NCBI GenBank assembly: GCA_043228905.1 | Contig: JBHGNT010000022.1 | Location: forward strand, 7,812,001 to 7,876,000 | Direction of reading: 5' to 3' | Source: Azolla caroliniana | Taxonomy: Eukaryota > Plantae > Polypodiophyta | DNA length: 64,000 bases | Shown: in pieces, positions 38,588-51,403 of the stretch | Layout of the letters: each line of letters begins with the position of its first letter | How positions within the stretch are numbered: position 1 is the first letter of the stretch | Program-made: the position numbers and the translations under genes | The notes under the pieces: generated by a model | Databases searched by the model: none | Seen by the model: only the letters and a program-made list of their open reading frames with translations | Told to the model about the DNA's origin: nothing

Positions 38588-39870
38588 TAGCGATGGGCTT
38601 GGTTCGGTTTATTGGCCGTGAAACTAAATCAAACCATCTATTCATAATAAAAACCCAACCAAACCGTTTAAAAAGTATGAAGCCATTTAAATTGAATTGT
38701 TTAGAACTGAACCGTTTAAGCCGTACTGTATAGAAAGTATGAGAAACCGGGCTTGGTTTAGTTTCTTGGCCTTGAAACCAAACCAAACCATCTATTGATA
38801 ATAAAAACCAAACCATCTAATCATAATAAAAACCAAATCATCTATTCATAATAAAAAACAAACCATCTATTCATAATAAAAACCAAACCAAACCGTTTAA
38901 AAATTATGAAGCCATTTAAATTGAACTGTTTAGAACCAAATTGTTTTAGCTGTATTGTATAAAAAGTATGATAAACCAAACTGTTTCCGCAAAATTTAGA
39001 ACCATAGCAAATTGGTTCATCATAAAAACCAAACCAAATTGTTTAAAAATTATGAAGCCATTTAAATTGAACTGTTTAGAACCGAACTGTTTAAGTTGTA
39101 CTGTATAAAAAGTATGAGAAACCGGGCTTGGTTCAGTTTCTTGGCCTTGAAACCAAACCAAATCATCTATTCATAATAAAAACCAAACCAAACCGTTTAA
39201 AAATTATGAAGCCATTTAAATTGAACTATTTAGAACTAAACTGTTTCAGCTGTATTGTATAAAAAGTATGATAAACCAAACCGTTTCCGCAAAATTTAGA
39301 ACCGAAGCAAACTGGTTTATCCTAAAAACCAAACCATCTATTCATAATAAAAACTAAACCAAACCGTTTAAAAATTATGAAGCCATTTAAATTGAACTGT
39401 TTAAGTTGTACTGTATAGAAAGTATGAGAAACCGAGCTTGGTTCAGTTTCTTGGCCTTGAAACCAAACCAAACCATCTATTCATAATAAAAACCAAACCA
39501 AACCATTTAAATTGAACTGTTTAGAACTAAATTGTTTAAGCTGTATTGTATAAAAAGTATGAGAAATTGGGCTTGGTTTGGTTTCTTGGCCTTGAAACCA
39601 AACCAAACCATCTATTCATAATAAAAACCAAACCAAATTGTTTAAAAATTATGAAGCCATTTAAATTGAACTGTTTAGAACCAAATTGTTTAAAAATTAT
39701 GAAGCCATTTAAGTTGAACTGTTTAGAACCAAACTGTTTAAGCTGTACTGAATAAAAAGTATGAGAAACCAAACCATTTACGCAAAATTTAGAACCAAAG
39801 CAAATTGATTTATCATAAATCAAAACCAAACCATTTGTTACATAATCCAACCAAAAAAGGAACTAGAGCT
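38588..39870. repeat. hAT-type terminus with a long, complex subterminal AAACC/AACCG repeat array
   Basis: Begins TAGCGATGGG (Ac-like TAGGGATG TIR), then shuffled modules such as AAACCAAACCATCTATTCATAAT and AAATTGAACTGTTTAG. Confidence 0.7.
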
Positions 39871-41400
39871 TAAATCAAACCATTTTTGACATAAATTCAT
39901 ATGTATGTTGTCTAAAACAGATCCATAGATTTTAGATAATAAACAGAACCAAAGATTAGACATAATAAACATAACCAAAGATTACACATAATAAACAAAA
40001 CTAGATATTAGTACCAAGGACAAGAAAACATAAATTTACACCGCATTTTTAATGCTTTTTGAAGAAAGATTAGACATAAACGACACAATGCAGTTACTAG
40101 AGTCTCTGGAACATCATAAGAAACGGAAATTTACACCACATTTTCTAATCATATGGAACATTGTTCTCAACTTTTCTGTTGAGGTGAGATAACCCCTAAT
40201 GTTGACTTGATGCCCAACTGAAAACTGTGCACCATACACCTTAACATATGTGAGGGAGCCAAAATTTCCTTACCATGTTCATTTTGTAACAACATGCTAA
40301 ACTCCTTTGCAATTGCTTGTGCATCACTAGCTCCATAAAAAGTTGTTGCTAATAATCGATTGGAAATCGAACTCGACAAAAGAGAGCATGTGCACAATGT
40401 TTCCATGATCCAACACCTGGAAATACATGCACAAAATCCAATATCATTGATCTCGAGCCCTAGGGCCTAAATTTGACAGGTTAATATTAAAGTTTTTTGA
40501 CGACCATTTTTTAAAGATGTATGTCATATGCCATAATAGTGCAAAAACTAACAAGTCATTTGACTAACAAATTTTTAAAATGAAAGGCCTATATAATGCA
40601 ATAAATATTGTTACCCATTTCATCACTATCAAAAGTATGCAAAGATAGACAAATTAGCATAATTATATTACAAAGCTAATGAGACCCATAAAATAAATAT
40701 CATGTTAATGTTTTTTAAGCCAAAGCACAAACAAGCTATGTATCTATTTTTAGGGTAGTGTAAACTTACATATTATAGTGTAATGTTTTTTTCCAAAAAA
40801 TATAGTGTAAAATTAAATATGTACGCTCACACTATGATATTTACTATCCATGTTTCTTTATTAAACGAAAATTTCTAATAAAAGATAGTAATAAGCATGA
40901 CAGAAATAGGTTTAATAGTTCAAACTAAAAAAAAAAACCTAGAGTCTAGACTCTTAGAATATTTAATAAAGGTTTTTCCGTAAATTAAATTTTAAGTTAC
41001 TTTTTTTTTCCAAAAATAAGTTTCAACCAACATTTTTAGTAAAGAATAAAGATTTAAGAATATTGTCATATATGTATGACGTGGCAATTCTTGAACCAAA
41101 CTGATAGTTTGCCAAGATTGATAAAACGGTTAAAGAATGAAACGGATGTAATAGAATACTATAAATAGAAGTACAAACCTGAGGCTAAGGACAGGCTATT
41201 TTGGGGAGAAACAATTCTGTGTATTTTACATTGGTGGAGACGACGGGAGATCAACCACCGGCCACTCTGCACATCGCAACAGCCGCCAAGAAACAGCCGC
41301 CCAGCCACAAATAGAAGAGCCGCCCAGCCACAAATAGAAGAGCCGCCCATAATTGCCCTCACGTTCAGCCCATCAGCCTTCACCACACAAAGTAATCAAA

Positions 41401-42378
41401 ATGCAACAACAGGAAGGCAACGACACAAGCATGCAACCTGAATTCGGCGAACATACGTCGATGCATACAACCATGGAGCAAATGTTCCAAGCAATGTCTA
41501 CAATGATGATTCAGGTAAATCACACAAACCAAGCACTCATGACATGGCTCACCTCTCAATCTCAATCTACAGGAACAATGAATGATCAGAAAAAAGATTC
41601 CCGAATACGTCCAAGATCATTCTCGGGCCTCCCCACAGAGGATGTCCTAGCTTGGCTAGATCATTTTGACCTTGTCGCAGGTTATCACGATTGGAATGAT
41701 CAAAGAAAGGCATTGGAGCTGCGGACAGTATTAGAGCATGTCGCCGCCACATGGTTCATACAACAACCGGAGGAGATCAAGAATGATTGGCCCTATTTGC
41801 GGGAGCAGCTCATACAACATTTCGCCAACAACGACGTGATGCAATCCGCACTACAACAACTGAATAGTCTCCGTCAGCAACCCAATGAGCCGGTGGCACA
41901 ATTCGCCGTAAAGCTAAAGCAACTACTACTTCGAGTCGACCCCAACATGAAGGAGACCATGAAGTTGTACTTCCTACTACCACGGCTGCGACATGATCTT
42001 TATCGGCGCGTTCGAGATCAAGGACCGACATCATTTCATATGGCAATCCAAATCGCTCAACGGATTGAGGCACCCGATTACATAGAGTTACCGCCATCCA
42101 CACAACCCCCGAGCAATAATCATCAGAAACAACCAGATAATTCCTCGGTTTCACCAATGGACATCGACGTACAAAACGTACAGTTCAGTAGGAAAAATAG
42201 CTTACCTGATCGTGATTCTAACGGCAAGCCGCGTTGTTTTTACTGTAATTCATATGGCCATGTTAAGAAACATTGCAGAAAATTGGCGGCATCTAAACAT
42301 CATCAGAATACTCAAGTCCAATTGGCTGATTTGACGTCACTTGCCGAGGTACAGGGAAACCACCAAGCGGGAAACTGA
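41401..42378 (+). CDS. gag: Gag (capsid + CCHC CFYCNSYGHVKKHC), open
   Basis: ORF 41353..42378, first ATG 41401; FSGLPTEDVLAWL, LRQQPNEPVAQF, PMDID. Confidence 0.9.
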   Translation: MQQQEGNDTSMQPEFGEHTSMHTTMEQMFQAMSTMMIQVNHTNQALMTWLTSQSQSTGTMNDQKKDSRIRPRSFSGLPTEDVLAWLDHFDLVAGYHDWNDQRKALELRTVLEHVAATWFIQQPEEIKNDWPYLREQLIQHFANNDVMQSALQQLNSLRQQPNEPVAQFAVKLKQLLLRVDPNMKETMKLYFLLPRLRHDLYRRVRDQGPTSFHMAIQIAQRIEAPDYIELPPSTQPPSNNHQKQPDNSSVSPMDIDVQNVQFSRKNSLPDRDSNGKPRCFYCNSYGHVKKHCRKLAASKHHQNTQVQLADLTSLAEVQGNHQAGN

Positions 42379-45300
42379 TGGAGGAGCAGCTACCGCACAT
42401 TCAAGTCGCAACCTCCTCCAAACGACTGGTATGTTCCACATTAGCACAGATAGATAACACATCACAGGAGGCTCTCTTAGATTCAGGAAGCACAATCTCC
42501 TCTATTAGCATAGATTTAGTCAATTCATTAAACTTACCCACATCCCCAGCAGCACAAATACAAGTAGTTTTTGGCGATAAACAACAAACCTACCGATCAT
42601 CTACACAAGCACATTGTACTTTCTTTTTAGCACAACATAAGTTCCTACATTCCTTTTATGTATTACCACGCCAATTATTTCCCATGACATTAGGATGCGA
42701 TTGGTTTATCAAAACTGGAGCGCAACTACATTTTGATACTCAATCGCTAGTTTTGCCATCCCTTAAGCCGTTCACCACGATTCCCTTGTTTAGCTCACCA
42801 CAACTTAGCAACCACATAATGCATACACAAGTTCATCTAGAATCAACCACGGTACGTACTGCCGACATCCGCCGACTCTTGCGGGAATTCCCGACATTAT
42901 TTCGCAAGACAACGACCACGACGCAAATCAATTTGCCTGTCCAACATACAATCCCGACAACCACAGGACAACCAGTTCGGATGGCTGCCAGACGACGCTC
43001 TCCCTTGGATAATCAAAGGATCAATCAAGCAGTAAGAGACATGCTGGACAAGGATATTATAGAGCCATCGAGTAGTGATTGGGTCTCGGAGCCGCATTTG
43101 GTGCGCAAGGACGATGGCACTTTTCGTTTTTGCATCGATTTCCGTCCTTTAAATAAGATTACCAAGCACGACCTATACCCGCTGCCACGCATAGATGATC
43201 TATTGGATCAAGTCGGGAAGTCCAAATACTTCACATCATTAGACCTCGCATCAGGCTATTGGCAAATCCCATGAAGCCCTCAAGACAAACACAAAACCGC
43301 TTTTAGGACGCAACAGGGTTTATTTCAGTTTAAAAGAATGCCTTTCGGCCTATCTGATGCGGGGAGCACTTTTCAGAGGATTGCGAATTCAATATTTCAT
43401 GACTTGATCCAAGAAGGAGTGGTACTAGTATATCTAGACGATATTCTAATTCATACACCAGAATGGGAACAACACATCCACATTCTGCGGGAGGTTCTAC
43501 ACATGATACAAAAATACAACCTACAACTCCAATTGAAGAAGTGCCAGTGGGGCGCTGCTACATTAAAATTCTTAGGTTTCATCATATCCGCCACAGGGAT
43601 CAGCATGGACCCGGCCAAGATCAAAGCAATTACCAATTATCCGCCGCCAACAAATGTCAAGTCGCTCCAAAGCTTCTTAGGTCTTGTCAACTTCTCCCTC
43701 CGGTTTGTCCCACAACTCGCAACCATCACGCAACCATTACGCCTCTTATTGAAGAAGGACACACCATTCTCTTGGTCCAAGGCTTGCATAGAAAGTTTTC
43801 GACAAATCAAGAGAATTATTCAAGAGGCCGCCCAATTAGCATTCCCAGATTTCAGCAAGGCATTTCGCCTACAAACGGACGCATCAAATTAAGGAATTGG
43901 TGCTGTTTTACTACAGCAGGATCACTCTGATGATTGGCGACCAATCGCCTACATTAGTCGAGCTCTCACAAAGGCCGAACTGAACTATTCAACTACAGAA
44001 AAGGAATTCTTGGCAGTAGTTTGGGCTTTCCAAAAATTTCACCCATATTTGCATGGGACCACAGTTCAGGTCGAAACAGACCATCAACCCTTAGTATCAT
44101 TGATACACAAGAGCCATCCTCCGGGTCGTCTGTTGCGCTGGGCATTAGCATTACAAGAATACAGATTCACCATGACCTACAGACGTGGCATCACTAATAT
44201 AGTAGCTGATTCACTATCTCGCATAGAGCATCAGGCATCCCAGATCAATGAGCAAACCGAGTTACCAATCCATCCACATCAAGTAGCTCAGTTTCAGCAG
44301 CAAGATCCGATGATTAGAGATATTATCTTGCGTCTTCAGTGTGGACGGGATCAACAGGTCAATCGTAACTTCATCATCATCAATAACATATTACACTTTG
44401 TCAGTCAAGGACAACCCCCACGACTTTATGTCCCAGAAGCGCTACGTTCAACATATTTGGAGTTCTATCACAGCAACCAACTAACCGGACACTTTGGTTT
44501 TCATAAATTATTACACCGTATCAGATCTTTATTCTATTGGCCCAAACTTCGCCATTCAATCTCTCGATTTCTACAAGCATGCCCAACATGCCAATCAATG
44601 AAATCACCACAACAAGCATCTGGCATTCTACAACCTATCACAGTCAAGGAACCCTTTGAATTACTGGGCTGGGATCTAATGGGTCCCTTTCCAACTTCAG
44701 TAAATGGTAATAAGTACATTTTGGTCATAACAGAATATCTCACACGTTGGTGTGAAGCAGCCGCATTACCAGATGCCACAGCCCATTCTGTGGCTCAAGC
44801 ATTGCTTCATAAAGTAATCTTCCCTCATGGCTGCCCTCAACAACTTCTATCGGATCAGGGATCACAATTTCGCAGCGAGGTACTTCAAGTGCTCAGCCAT
44901 AGCTTGGGAATTAAGCAAGTGTTTACATCACCCTATCATCCACAAACAAATGGCTTGACGGAGCGCATGAATAAGACAATCAAACAAGTTATTTCCACAT
45001 ATGTGGATCCATTGCATCAGTCGTGGGATCAGGTTTTGCCCTTCGCCGTTCACGCATACAACACCTCGGTCCAAACATCCACCAAAATCAGCCCTTTTCG
45101 AGCTTTGTACGGCCGTGACCCGCGCCTCCCACTGGATATCCATAACGTGAAAGTGCAACCCCAAAGGAATGACGCAACTGAATGGTGGCTTCATCTCCAA
45201 CTCCATCAACCACTGCTTCGACGCGCGCTCCAACACAATTTACGTATGGCACAACAAAGACAAAAGAAATACTATGACGCATCCCATTTGCCGATGGAGC

Positions 45301-45536
45301 TACAGATAGGAGAGAATGTCAGAGTTTATTATCCTATCCGCAAGCCCGGACTCTGCGAATCCCTCATGCACCGTTGGATCGGGCCATACACAGTCATAGC
45401 GCGCATTGGCACACAAACGTATCGTTTGCGGCGGACAACCAATTCATCCGAAACAGTCGCTCACATCAGTCGGATCAAGCGCATACCATCAATCAATGTT
45501 CCCTCATCTGACCATAATTCGAAGGCATCCTCATAG
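42378..45536 (+). pseudogene. pol: Pol (PR-RT-RH-INT) in the -1 frame; two in-frame stops (43272, 43890), no frameshift
   Basis: LLDSGS, FCIDFRPLN, YLDD, LQTDASN, HHCC, SDQGSQF, WIGPY; ORFs 42378, 43338 and 44010 share one frame. Confidence 0.92.
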
Positions 45537-46806
45537 AAAAAATGTAGCAACATCGTCCACCCTTCTTATTCAAAAGGGGGAGGTGTCATATATGTATGAC
45601 GTGGCAATTCTTGAACCAAACTGATAGTTTGCCAAGATTGATAAAACGGTTAAAGAATCAAAAGGATATAATAGAATACTATAAATAGAAGTACAAACCT
45701 GAGGCTAAGGACAGGCTATTTTGGGGAGAAACAATTCTGTGTATTTTACAATATATAGCGTTATTATGTGATATTATTTTTATAGTGTTATATAAAAACA
45801 TATAATATAATACTATATACACTTCATAGTACATACATACATTTACATGTGGTATATATATACATATATATATGCATCACGACATGGAAAATAGAATTTT
45901 AGCATGTCATTTGACAGATATAAAATTTAGGGTCCTTTCACATGAAAATACAAATTTAAACTTTATATGTCACTTAACGGGCATTTTCATTGGGTGTATG
46001 TTTTTTACGGGTAAAATGGCCTTTGACGGGCATGACACCCATCAAATTTTTGCCCTTGATTGTCTCATGACATGCCCAATGCAGTTTCATTGAGTATCTG
46101 AAGCCCTTTCGACTACTATTTGATTAACCATCGAAAGTTCTGGAAAATCTTCATTGGCATTTAGATAGCAAATCTATCACTTGATGATGCAAACCCCATA
46201 CATTTCTAGGATGGAATGTTTAATCGTGCATCTTGTCTTCCCTTGATATCCAGGTACAATTTGTTGTATGAACTCCTTAAATTGAGGGGATTCTACATGT
46301 GCATGGGGTAGTGTTCCCTTCATAATATGCTTCGTCATGGTATCATCAATTTTCTTTACTAAAACACAACATACTTTAGCAGCCTTAATAGAAGATTGAA
46401 AGGGTTGTGATATACTTGAATTTTGGTTTGATCGCCTAATAGATGATTCTTTTTTGCTAAATGCTTTGCTATCGTAGTTATGGATGTTGTCGAAGACCAA
46501 CAAACATGACGATGATGGCGTTGTCGTCGAGGTAATGTGAACATCTGTCCATGATATGTGTTGCCTTTTTTTATGTGCTTGTTGGCTCATGGCTAACATT
46601 AATTGAAGATGAGTCCATTGTTGCATGCGTTTGAGATGATGATTCCATTTAATGTTGCTCCTATAAAACTTAATTAGCTCATATCAATCACTTAATGAAG
46701 ATAATCACTTAAGTTTTATGAGATGTTCACAATCCATAATTCTATGATTTATCAATTTATTTGAACAGATAAGAGATCTATGCATTTCGTTAATAGAGAA
46801 AATCAA

Positions 46807-47840
46807 AGAGAGAAATACTAGAAATCATGCTCGAAAATTTGAAAGGGTATTTTGGACATGATAAAGAAATTATTATTAGATTCAAGATAAAAAAGCTAGG
46901 GCTAACGCTATGAAGATTAACATAACTTGAATGCTCTACATAAAGATATCGTTTCACTTATAAGAATGCAAGGTGAGTAACAGACGGTTCACATGAACTC
47001 TACAATTCTATGACATTTTCACAATCCATAATTCTGTCTATGTATCTGAACAATAATTTGCAATAGATTGTTCAGTAAACATCTAGCTGATGACTGATCC
47101 TCACATTTTGTGGCTCATTTGCAAAGATCCTTTTTAGAATCAAGAAAGAATACAAAGGATTAGGATGGTTAGCAATAGTTAAGCTAACTAAGGTATAAAT
47201 GAGAGAATGAAACCGATTGAAATCCAATATGCTCATAGATATCAGAGTAATATGTAGAATCAATTAATGTAATGTTCTAGACTAGGATAATATCAAGATC
47301 CTTGGCAAAAGAGAGAAATGATAGAAATCATGCTAGAAAAGTTGAAGAGGGTATGCGAGATAGGAAAAAGAAACTTCTACATCAAGATGAAAGCTATAGC
47401 TATCCATATGAAGATAAGGATAGCTTATATGTTCTACATAAGGATATCTTTCCACTTATCAGAATGCAAGTTTGAGCCACAAGAGGTTCACAAGAATCCT
47501 AAAGTTTCATAATGTGTTTGTAATCCATAAATTTGTGTGTATTTGAACAATACTTCATAATAGACTATTTGATCAACATCTAGTAGATGAGAGATGCTCG
47601 CATATTGTGGCTCACTTAACCAAATTAATCAGTTTATGTTTTTGTACATGAACATTGAAAGCTAATATATCGATAAGGCAATCCAATAATACTTTTAAAG
47701 TACATCCTACATAGATGTTGCAAAGATCTTTTCAGAATCAAGCAATATATCATTCTAGACTACAATGGATCGTGATCATCATTTATAGTTAAGCTAATTA
47801 AGGATATAAAACAAAAAAATAATGAAACTGATTGAAATGA
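46807..47840. repeat. Old ~500-bp imperfect tandem duplication
   Basis: AGAGAGAAAT..AGAAATCATGCT, AACATCTAG, GCAAAGATC and ATAGTTAAGCTAA blocks occur twice in the same order. Confidence 0.7.
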
Positions 47841-48837
47841 GGGATCATGGTGAACGTGATAAAGACAGTAGTGCAAACTGCCACCGCCCAGCCTGCCGTC
47901 GCAATTGGCTTACCTGCTGCTGGGAATGGGTTCAACCGTTGCCCAACTGCCTTCAACTGTCACCGTTGACTATTCAGCTTAGGAGTTAGCCTCATCGGTC
48001 ACAGTAGCCGCCGCGAGCAAGCCGGTTACCTCCAGCAGCCTGCCCGCCACAACCAACTCAACTGAGAGCCCAGCTATCGGCTCAGAGCCGTTTCAATAGT
48101 ACAGGAAAGAGCCTTTGCAATCGACTTAGGGTCAAAAATATAAATTTTATATATTATACACAATTATGTGTGTGTATGTATGTGCCTATGTGGATATATA
48201 TACAGGGAGTCGTATGTAGAATAGAGACTGGGATAATAGACGTGTGTGTGTGTGTGCACGAGCGCAAGAGAATAGTGGGAGAGAGAGCAAATGTTGCAAT
48301 GTAAGAACAACTTGCAAGTGTGTTTACGCTCAAGTACAGATCTGCTCGGATTGACGGTTCTGCGAGCTCTGTTCCTGAGCGGCAACAAGGTTTTGTTGCC
48401 ATCTGTTTTTTCTACTGTTCTCTATGTGTGTTTCTGTCTATAGTGTGTGAGATGAAGAGTTATTTTGTCAAGGTTGTGTCCTTGAGAGACTGGGGTTCCC
48501 CTAGTGATCTAGGGAGTTTGACATCTGTTTGTACACTCTCTAAGATGGTGATATTTGGTTCCCAGAGGTTTCCATGTTTTTTTTCCTGGTTAGGGTTTTT
48601 GTTGAGCGAGCAAGCTCAATGTGGGCTTGATTGGCTGAACAAGTGAAGAGCCGGATCCACGTGCCGGATTGGTGAGCCGGATCCACGAGAGCCGATAGGC
48701 ATTTGGAGGCCTACGATCCTAGCATAATAGATGGGCATATTTTTAGGAGTTAGTGTCAGTCGCTAAGTTATGAACATTGAAGTACATGTTGTGTTAAGAA
48801 TCGACCGGTCACAACCGGTTACACGTTCGTATTTGTG

Positions 48838-51403
48838 TGTAGAAACCAAGAACTAATACACATGCAAAAAAACGTGAAGACACTGAGACACCAATATTTT
48901 ACATGGAAAACACGAAATGGGAAAAACCACGGGGGTCCACAAACCCCGAGAAAACATATCACTATAGTAGAGAGGAAGTACAAATACGGAACTCGGAGGC
49001 AACGACCTCGAGTTCACCTTCGTCTAACAGACGGCTATAGAGTTACACTATCTCTCTCACTCACGGTTACAGAGGCAACTACCTCGTTCTAACTTTCAAT
49101 AATGATCGTACACACACATCTATAAAGTTTGCCCTAGCTGCTTATAAACAAAAGCAACTTTCTGGTTATTTACAAGTATAGCCCCCAAGATGCATTTTTA
49201 GACTATTTACAATTATAGTCTTCCGAAATGATTTCAGTTTCGGTTTCGGCCGTGGCCTATAGGCCTCAACCGAGATACTCACCAACACGGTACTTCTCTT
49301 CCCATCCAAATGGACATGTTTCCCAACAAACTCCCCCTTCACACCGGCATGGGGTACTTCACCAAACCGACTCTCTGTCGGCACGCGTTTAGCTTTTCGG
49401 CTGACAACACCTTCGTCAGCATATCTGATCCATTTTCGGCCATGTGGATCTTCACTAGAGCAAACTCCTTTTCTTCTACTCACTCTCAAAGCCAATGATA
49501 TCTTCTCTAGATGTGTTTGGTCCTCGAGTGGTAGGCGGCATTTTTCGCAAGGTGGATGGCACTTTAGTTATCGCAATGGAGTTGGAATTATTCCTACCGA
49601 ATTCCTAGCTCATCGATAAACTCCTTCATCCATATGATTTCCTTACCGGCTTCTGATGCGGCCATATATTCGGCTTCCGTGGTCGACAATGCCATGGCCT
49701 TCTACAACCTTGACTACCATGAAACAACTCCCTTTGCATAAGTCATTACGTACTCGGATGTGGATCGACCGATATCCACATCAATTGACATGTCCAAGTC
49801 ATTATAACCTTCCACTGTGGGGTTACCCTAACCAAAACGAAGACACACGTTCGGGGTGCGTTGTAGGTACCAAAGTATCCACTTCACGACAGCCTAATGC
49901 TCTCTTCCGAGGTTGCTCATATATCAGCTAACCACACCAATTATGTATCCTATGTTCGGCCTGGTACATACCATCGCGTACATCAGGCTTCCGACTGTCG
50001 AGGCATAAGGGACTTTTGACATCTTGACCTTCTTGGTTCTCGATTTTGGACATTGTTCTTTGCTTTGCTTGCAAGTCATCGGCAGTGTCGAGTCGACCGG
50101 TTTCGCGCTTTCCATGTCGAATCTTTGGAGCACCTTTGTCGTGTATTTTTCTTGTGATAGCCACAACAATTTCTTTGTTCGATCCCGAACAACGTGCATC
50201 CCCAAGATTTTCTTTGCCGAACCCATATCCTTCATCGAGAACGATCTGCTAACGGCCTTCTTCAGCACTCGAATCTTCGTATGGTCCTGTTGGACAATCA
50301 ACATGTTGTCCACGTACAACAGGAGGATGAGGAAATATCCTACGTCGAATTTCTTCACAAATATGCAGTGATCGGCTTGCGTTTTGTGATACCCGTTGTT
50401 GGTCATGAAGGATTCGAATTTTCTGTACCATTGCCGAGGTGCTTGCTTTAACCCGTACAAGCTCTTCCTTAATTGGCATACCAGGTTCTCTTTACCTTTC
50501 TCCGCAAATCCTTCCCACTGGTGCATATAGATCTCCTCTTCGAGATCACCGTGCAAAAACGCCGTCTTGACATCCAATTGCTCGACTTCAAGATCCATGG
50601 TGGCCGTGATGCTCAACATAGTTCGGATTGACATCATCTTTACAACCGGGGCAAATATTTCGTCGAAATCGACACCCATCTTTTGCTGAAAGCCTTTTAT
50701 GGCGATTCGTGCTTTGTACCTCGGTGGATTCCCGCCATCTTCTGGTTTCAACTTGTATACCCATTTATTCCGAAGTGCCTTCTTTCCTCTCAGTAGTTCC
50801 GTCAGTTCATATGTGTGGTTCTCATGCAATGAATCCATGTCCTCTTGCATGTCGCTCAACCACTTTTGGTTGTGGGTATCTTCCTTAGCTTCTTCAAAGC
50901 TTTCCGGCTCCCCCTTATCGGTTAGCAGTACACTCTCTTCATCCGGAAATCTTTGGGGGGGCCTCCTTTCTCTAAGGGGCTATCTTCGGCCTCCATTCGG
51001 CATGGTCCGTTCTTCTTTGGCTTCTTCGACCGAGTCGGATTCGGTTCCTTGTTCGGCCGTTTTCCCTCGTTCTTCAGTCAGTTCTCGATTTTGCCGAGTA
51101 TTAAATCGGCCAACTGGCTCATATTCGATTTTGATTGAATCGGATTCTACTCGATTCGGCTGAGCGTCCACTCAGTTCGATTCAGTAGTTGGGGACTTAT
51201 TCTCAACCTCCCAGTCGACTATTGTCTTTTCCTCCATGAAGGCAATGTCATGGCTCCTAATCACTTTCTTCTCAGTTAAGTCCCATAGTCGATAGCCAAA
51301 TTCATCATTGCCGTAGTCAAGAAATATGCATGGCCGAGATTTCGAGTCCAACTTCCCCCTTTGGTCCTTCGCTACATGCACATAAGCAAGATAGTTGAAC
51401 ACC
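48838..51403 (-). mobile_element. Ty1/Copia 'D' (related to C), 3' half: integrase end, RT, RH, PPT and 3' LTR 48838-49328
   Basis: RT ORF 49924..50859 (QLDVKTAFLHGDL, LLYVDN); PPT AAGGGGGAG then TGTTGGG; the LTR shares motifs with 33325-33899. Confidence 0.9.

Larger units (their letters stand above)
41064..45750 (+). mobile_element. Near-intact Ty3/Gypsy, 167-bp LTRs (41064-41230, 45584-45750), 4-bp TSD ATAT, no chromodomain
   Basis: TG..CA LTRs with 3 mismatches; PBS TGGTGGAGA (tRNA-Ala-like) at 41232; PPT AAAAGGGGGAGG; separate gag and pol. Confidence 0.96.
40167..46660 (-). mobile_element. Second, highly decayed hAT transposase (fragments 46660-46100 and 40455-40167) split by insertions
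   Basis: HIMKGTLPHAHVESPQFKEFIQQIVPGYQGKTRCTIK (Hermes-type DNA-binding domain) and LRCMVHSFQLGIK (CxxH). Confidence 0.7.

Noticed and set aside
40460-46058. MITE-like element with imperfect TIRs (CTAGGGCCTAAATTTGAC / ATCAAATTTTTGCCCTTG) hosting the Gypsy
   Set aside because: The TIR match is loose and no 8-bp TSD was found.
47870-48837. GC-rich patch and LTR-like sequence
   Set aside because: LTR-like composition, but boundaries could not be defined.
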